This document shows, piece after piece, positions 59,340 to 64,000 of a stretch of 64,000 nucleotides of DNA. A program made the translations under genes and the position numbers. The stretch comes from Pirellulales bacterium. Its GTDB lineage: Bacteria > Planctomycetota > Planctomycetia > Pirellulales > JAICIG01. The stretch covers positions 255,943 to 319,942 of the forward strand of contig JBBDYJ010000025.1 of the NCBI GenBank assembly GCA_040901675.1, given 5' to 3'. Position 1 is the stretch's first letter. Each line of letters opens with the position of its first letter. Below the pieces are notes generated by a model, which made no database searches, was not told the DNA's origin, and was given only the letters and a program-made list of their open reading frames with translations.

Positions 59340-61252
59340 TGCACGAGTTGCTGTCGAAAATCGAGTCGCCGCGCGACTTGCAGTCGTTCACGCTGGCCGA
59401 GCTGGAGCAACTGGCCGGCGAAATGCGCGAAGCGTTGTGCAACCTGGTGTCCAACCGCACGGCACACTTCGCCTCGAACCTGGGCGTGATCGAGCTGTGC
59501 CTGGCCCTGCACACCAGCTTCGACTTCAGCCGCGATCGCCTGATCTGGGACACGGGACACCAGATCTATCCGCACAAGTTGATCACCGGCCGCTATCACG
59601 AGTTCGGGACGATGCGGATCAAGGGCGGCCTGATGGGCTACCCCAACCCCAACGAGAGCGACTACGACCTGTTCATGACCGGGCACGCCGGCTGCAGCGT
59701 TTCGGCCGTCCTGGGACTGAAGACGGGCGACGATCTTTTGCGCGGCGAGGAGGACCGGCACGCCGTGGCGGTGATCGGCGACGGAGCACTCCCCTCGGGC
59801 ATCGTGTTCGAAGCCTTGAACAACGCCGGCGGCATGAAGAAGCGGCTGCTGGTGATCCTCAACGACAACAAAATGTCGATCTGCCCGCGCGTGGGGGGGC
59901 TGGCCGACTACCTCGACCGCCTGCGGATGAACCCGTTGTACACCGGGCTGAAGCAGGAAGTGGTCAAGGCGCTGGCCCGCGTGCCGCTGCTGGGCGATCC
60001 GGTCGAACGCCTGCTGTGGCAGGCCAAGGAATCGATCAAGGCCGGCCTGCACGGCGGAATGCTGTTCGAGGAGCTGGGCCTGCGCTACATGGGTCCGATC
60101 GACGGCCACAACATCGGGCAGTTGCGCAAATACCTCAAGCTGGTCAAGGACGTCGAGGGGCCGGTCCTGTTGCACGTGGTGACCGAGAAGGGGCACGGTT
60201 TCAAGCCGGCCGCCGAAGACCCCGTGTTCTTTCATACTCCGGCGCCTTTTCAGCGCGATTCCAACGGAGCGGTGTCGGTCAAGAAATCATCGTCGCGCAG
60301 TTACACCAACGTGGCCAGCGAAGCCATCCATGCCGAGATGCAGCGCAGCCCGCGCGTCACCACCTTGACGGCGGCCATGTGCCAGGGGAACAACCTGGAA
60401 AGCGTCCGCAACGACTTCCCCCAGCGGTTCTTCGATACCGGCATTTGCGAGGCGCACGCCGTGGCATTCGCCGCCGGCCAGGCCAAGGCGGGCCTGCGGC
60501 CGATCGTCGACATCTATAGCACCTTCCTGCAGCGGACCTACGATCAGATCTTCCAGGAGGTGACGCTGCAGAACCTGCCGGTCACCTTCATGCTCGACCG
60601 CGCCGGGCTCACCGGCCCCGACGGACCGACGCACCATGGCATGTTCGACCTCGGCTACATGCGGCTGTTGCCCAACATGGTGGTCATGGCCCCGGGCGAC
60701 GAATACGACCTGGCGCCCATGCTCAGCTTTGCACTGGAGCATAACGGTCCGGCCTCGTTGCGCTACCCGAAGGCCGCCAGCGAACGGCACGACCGACCGC
60801 TGGCCCCCATCGAGCTGGGCCGTGCCGAAGTGATCGACTGGGGCCACGACGGCATGTTGATCGCTTGCGGAACACTGTTGGGCAATGCGATCAAGGCGGC
60901 CGTGGCCTTGAGGCAGGAGGGCCTCGACGTGGGCGTGATCAATGCCCGCTTTGTCAAGCCGCTGGATACCGAGACGATCTTGCGGGCCATCGAGTCCTGC
61001 TCGTTCGTGCTCACCGTCGAAGAAGCGGCCCTGATGGGCGGCTTTGGCAGCGCGGTGCTGGAGGCGGCCTCGGATGCCGGCCTGCCGGCGGGCCACGTCG
61101 GCCGGCTGGGCGTACCCGACCGCTTCGTCGAGCATGGCGACCGGGGCGAATTGCTGGCCGACCTGGGACTCGATGCCAAGGGGATCGCCCAGGCCGCCCG
61201 CGCCCAGGCGGCCCGCGTGGCGCTGCCCGGCACCAGCCGCCGCATCAGCTAG
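59339..61252 (+). CDS. dxs: 1-deoxy-D-xylulose-5-phosphate synthase
   Basis: HFASNLG, WDTGHQ.YPHK, VIGDGA, ILNDN, GPIDGH, YSTFLQR, DGPTHHG, RFVKPLD. Confidence 0.97.
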   Translation: MHELLSKIESPRDLQSFTLAELEQLAGEMREALCNLVSNRTAHFASNLGVIELCLALHTSFDFSRDRLIWDTGHQIYPHKLITGRYHEFGTMRIKGGLMGYPNPNESDYDLFMTGHAGCSVSAVLGLKTGDDLLRGEEDRHAVAVIGDGALPSGIVFEALNNAGGMKKRLLVILNDNKMSICPRVGGLADYLDRLRMNPLYTGLKQEVVKALARVPLLGDPVERLLWQAKESIKAGLHGGMLFEELGLRYMGPIDGHNIGQLRKYLKLVKDVEGPVLLHVVTEKGHGFKPAAEDPVFFHTPAPFQRDSNGAVSVKKSSSRSYTNVASEAIHAEMQRSPRVTTLTAAMCQGNNLESVRNDFPQRFFDTGICEAHAVAFAAGQAKAGLRPIVDIYSTFLQRTYDQIFQEVTLQNLPVTFMLDRAGLTGPDGPTHHGMFDLGYMRLLPNMVVMAPGDEYDLAPMLSFALEHNGPASLRYPKAASERHDRPLAPIELGRAEVIDWGHDGMLIACGTLLGNAIKAAVALRQEGLDVGVINARFVKPLDTETILRAIESCSFVLTVEEAALMGGFGSAVLEAASDAGLPAGHVGRLGVPDRFVEHGDRGELLADLGLDAKGIAQAARAQAARVALPGTSRRIS

Positions 61253-61307
61253 GCGCGGCTTGAAGCGGCCGCGGCTTTGACTCTATGATCTGGCGTATTG
61301 GGTTCGT

Positions 61308-61357
61308 TCACCTTGTCGCCTTGTCGCTTGGTCCGCCGAAGGCGGATCGCCTTGTCG
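61308..61357. repeat. CCTTGTCG 8-mer array interrupted by hairpin TCCGCC-GAA-GGCGGA (61332-61346)
   Basis: Read directly from the sequence. Confidence 0.7.
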
Positions 61358-61364
61358 TGATCCG

Positions 61365-62291
61365 ATGGGTACTTCCACTTATTCGCCAGTCCGCCTGCCC
61401 GGCCGCCCGCGCGTGATGGTGCTGGGATCGGGCGACAGGCCGCACGTGGCGGCTGAGGCCGAGCGGCTGCGCGACGTGATCGAACAGTGCGCCGAGGTGG
61501 TGGCCTGGGACCTGAGTTTCACGGCCGACCTGAGCGGCGTGGATGCGGACCTGGCGATCGTGCTGGGCGGCGACGGCTCGATCCTGCGTGCCGCGCATCA
61601 GATGGGGTATCGCCAGGCGCCGGTTGTCGGCGTCAACCTGGGCAAGCTGGGTTTCCTGGCCGACCTTTCTCCCGCCGACCTGCGAGCACTCATGCCCGAC
61701 ATCTGTGCGGGCCGGTTTCGGGTGGTCGAGCACCTGATGTTCGAGTGTTCGCTTGGGCGGGTTGGGGTATCGGCGGCCGCGGCGCCTGGGCCGCGCAGGG
61801 AGGTTTGGCGGCAACTCGGTTTGAACGAGGTGGCGGTGATGGCAGGCCCGCCGTTTGCCATGCTGGAGGTGCATCTCTACGTTGACTCGGAATTGGTGAC
61901 TACCTATAGTTGCGACGGCCTGATCGTCAGCACTCCCGTCGGCTCGACCGCGCACAGCCTTTCGGCCGGAGGACCGATCCTGCGGAAGGACCTGCAGGCA
62001 TTTGTTATTTCGCCGATCAGCCCGCACGCACTGACCAATCGCCCGGTGGTAGATTCCGCCGAGCGCACCTACGAACTGCTCGTGCCCTGCCCGCACGAGG
62101 GCACTTCGTTGGTGGTCGATGGCCGCGTGCTGGGCAGGCTGCAGGCGGGCGACCGCGTGCGAATCGAGCGGGCCGAACCGAGATTCAAGCTGGTCGAGGT
62201 GCCGGGTCGTGGTTACTACCGGACGCTCCGCGAAAAGCTGGGTTGGGGAGGCAGTTTGCAACTGGGTGGCGATTCCCCGGCTGTAGGGTAG
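61365..62291 (+). CDS. nadK: NAD(+)/NADH kinase
   Basis: LGGDGSIL, GVNLGKLGFL, LNE, DGLIVSTPVGSTAHSLSAGGP. Confidence 0.95.
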   Translation: MGTSTYSPVRLPGRPRVMVLGSGDRPHVAAEAERLRDVIEQCAEVVAWDLSFTADLSGVDADLAIVLGGDGSILRAAHQMGYRQAPVVGVNLGKLGFLADLSPADLRALMPDICAGRFRVVEHLMFECSLGRVGVSAAAAPGPRREVWRQLGLNEVAVMAGPPFAMLEVHLYVDSELVTTYSCDGLIVSTPVGSTAHSLSAGGPILRKDLQAFVISPISPHALTNRPVVDSAERTYELLVPCPHEGTSLVVDGRVLGRLQAGDRVRIERAEPRFKLVEVPGRGYYRTLREKLGWGGSLQLGGDSPAVG

Positions 62292-62358
62292 GCTTCCAGC
62301 CTGCCAAGTGTCGTAGCGTAGGCTTCCAGCCTGCGAGTAGCGTCGCCTTCCGGCCTGC
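62283..62358 (+). repeat. Three tandem GTAG-led hairpin repeats (GTAGSGTAGGCTTCCAGCCTGC)
   Basis: Copies at 62283, 62313 and a degenerate one at 62337. Confidence 0.75.
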
Positions 62359-62414
62359 CGGTGCAGACGAGCCTTGGTCCGCGATGGAGAACTCGAAAGG
62401 AAGCGAGTGACTCG

Positions 62415-63380
62415 ATGAAAACACGGATGTTGCTATCTTGGGCGGCCTGCGCTTGCCTGGCCACGGTTGATCTCCGGGCCGCCGACGAGCCCGCGGCGGC
62501 CGCGACTGCCACCAACCAGGCGGCCGAATCGAGCGGGCAGAAATACCTGCTGCGATACAAGTTCGAGGCGGGCGAGACGATCCGCTGGGAAGTGGTGCAC
62601 CAGGCCCAGATCCGCACCACCGTGTCCGGCACGACGCAAACGGCCGAGACCCTGAGCAAGTCGATCAAGGTCTGGCAAGTGGCCTCGGTCGACGACCAGG
62701 GGCAGGCGGTGTTCGTACACTCGGTCGAGAGCGTCGACATGCGCCAAAAACTGACCGGGCGCCAGGAGGCGCGTTACAACAGCCTCACCGACTCGAGTCC
62801 GCCGGAAGGGTTTGCCGACGTGGCCGACGCCGTGGGCGTTCCATTGGCGACGATCACGCTCGACGCCCTGGGCAACGTCGTCCGCCGCGAGCATCAGCGG
62901 CCCAAGACCAGCGCCAGTGCCGGGATGATCACGGTCCCTCTGCCCGACGAGCCGGTTGCCGTGGGTCACGAATGGCTCTTGCCGTCCGACGTGCAAGTGA
63001 GCCTCAAGCAAGGCGGGTTCAAGAAGATCAAGACGCGCCAGCGGTTCACGCTGCTGGAGGTCCAGGACGGCCTGGCGACGATCCGGATCGAGACGCAGAT
63101 CCTCTCGCCCGTTCGCGACCCCAACATCGAGGCGCAGTTGATTCAGACCGAGTCGAACGGCACGGCCCGCTTCGACATCTCCGCCGGACGGATCGTTTCG
63201 CAGCAGACCGACGTCGACAAGCGGGTGCACGGCGCGCCGAACGAAGCGAGCAGCCTGCACTGTCTGACCCGTTTCACCGAGAAGCTGCTGCCGGCCACCT
63301 CCCAGACGGCCGGTGCCCCGCAGCCCGCCGGCCCCGAGCCTCCGCCGACTGCCTCCTCTCGCCGCCCCAGCGTCCGCTAA
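62415..63380 (+). CDS. Exported hypothetical protein
   Basis: Signal peptide, YLLRYKF..GE, PLPDEPVAVG.EW, G.ARFD...GRI, Pro-rich tail. Confidence 0.8.
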   Translation: MKTRMLLSWAACACLATVDLRAADEPAAAATATNQAAESSGQKYLLRYKFEAGETIRWEVVHQAQIRTTVSGTTQTAETLSKSIKVWQVASVDDQGQAVFVHSVESVDMRQKLTGRQEARYNSLTDSSPPEGFADVADAVGVPLATITLDALGNVVRREHQRPKTSASAGMITVPLPDEPVAVGHEWLLPSDVQVSLKQGGFKKIKTRQRFTLLEVQDGLATIRIETQILSPVRDPNIEAQLIQTESNGTARFDISAGRIVSQQTDVDKRVHGAPNEASSLHCLTRFTEKLLPATSQTAGAPQPAGPEPPPTASSRRPSVR

Positions 63381-63419
63381 ACCTCGCGCGCCCCCATACC
63401 CGCAGCCCGTCGCCACACG

Positions 63420-63514
63420 AACCCGGCGCGCCAGCGAGGACCGAGCGCTCTCGACGATGATTGCGGTCAGACACCGGGTGCTGCGGCCATACTAACCCGA
63501 CGCGCCAGCGAGGA
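63420..63514 (+). repeat. Two copies of AACCCG(G/A)CGCGCCAGCGAGGA
   Basis: 63420-63440 and 63494-63514. Confidence 0.7.
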
Positions 63515-63548
63515 AGTAGCGTCCTCCACTTCATTGCGGTCATACGCT

Positions 63549-63571
63549 CGGATGCGCCGGGCATCCGTTTT
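63549..63571 (+). terminator. Putative intrinsic terminator (or operator palindrome)
   Basis: CGGATGC-gccgg-GCATCCG followed by TTTT. Confidence 0.5.
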
Positions 63572-63676
63572 AATTCCGGCGGACATTTGAAGAGCGATAT
63601 CGCCTTCGGTGTACGGGGGTCTCGGTTACTGGTATCCTGACGACTCCAGTGGACCAGCGAAGGAGGTTCTCGATCC

Positions 63677-63910
63677 ATGGCGCATGCAAAGCATTCCAAG
63701 GCGCGCGAATTGTCCATTCACACTCTATTGCAGTCGATCCGGGCGGGTAACAGGCAGGTCCTCGGCACGCTGAGCACCGACCGGCAGCGCATGGCGATCA
63801 CGGCAGCCAAGCGGGCCCGCATCCAGGCCAGTGGCCTTGTCACGCGGATCCGTGCGCACATGTCCGCCCGCGGCAGGCGTTCGCAGTTCCGCCGCGACGC
63901 CCGAAGCTAG
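63677..63910 (+). CDS. Small, very basic hypothetical protein
   Basis: Strong AAGGAGG RBS at about 63660-63666. Arg-rich, 77 aa. Confidence 0.7.
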   Translation: MAHAKHSKARELSIHTLLQSIRAGNRQVLGTLSTDRQRMAITAAKRARIQASGLVTRIRAHMSARGRRSQFRRDARS

Positions 63911-63925
63911 TGCAGCGCGCGCTGA

Positions 63926-63959
63926 CTGGGGGACGCTAACGCTTTGCCACCAGCCACCC
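63926..63959 (-). repeat. REP-like family A copy (inverted)
   Basis: Reverse complement reads gggtggctggtggcaaagcgttagcgtcccccag. Confidence 0.8.
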
Positions 63960-64000
63960 GAAGATCACCTCGAATTCAAAAGCTCCGCCTAGCTCCAAGC

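Overview
High-GC chromosomal window, very probably from a planctomycete (Pirellulales-like). The assignment rests on three tandem DUF1549/DUF1553 (PSD1/cytochrome c) + DUF1501 pairs, BlaR1-like M56 proteins and several lineage-typical hypothetical proteins. Most of the window is housekeeping or lineage-typical: D-aminoacylase, ABC exporter, guaB, selA/selB, an ECF sigma factor, ferredoxin, leuB, miaE, tilS, dapF and xseA-xseB-ispA-dxs-nadK. Accessory elements are: (1) a Panacea (DUF4065/SocA) antitoxin plus a putative PemK/MazF-like toxin inserted antisense between xseA and xseB; (2) a PIN-family toxin-antitoxin pair; (3) a CheR plus hybrid kinase in front of a CsbD/YciF/YihY stress cluster with a sigma54-like promoter; (4) a BlaI/BlaR1 pair with two operator-like palindromes on its promoter; (5) a frameshifted DUF1549-DUF1501 pseudogene fused by deletion. 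Intergenic DNA is dense with several REP-like hairpin families, 7-mer and 8-mer tandem arrays, and tiny hairpins inserted inside other repeats. I found no tRNA, rRNA, CRISPR array, transposase or integrase. All product calls come from motif recognition by eye, not from database searches.
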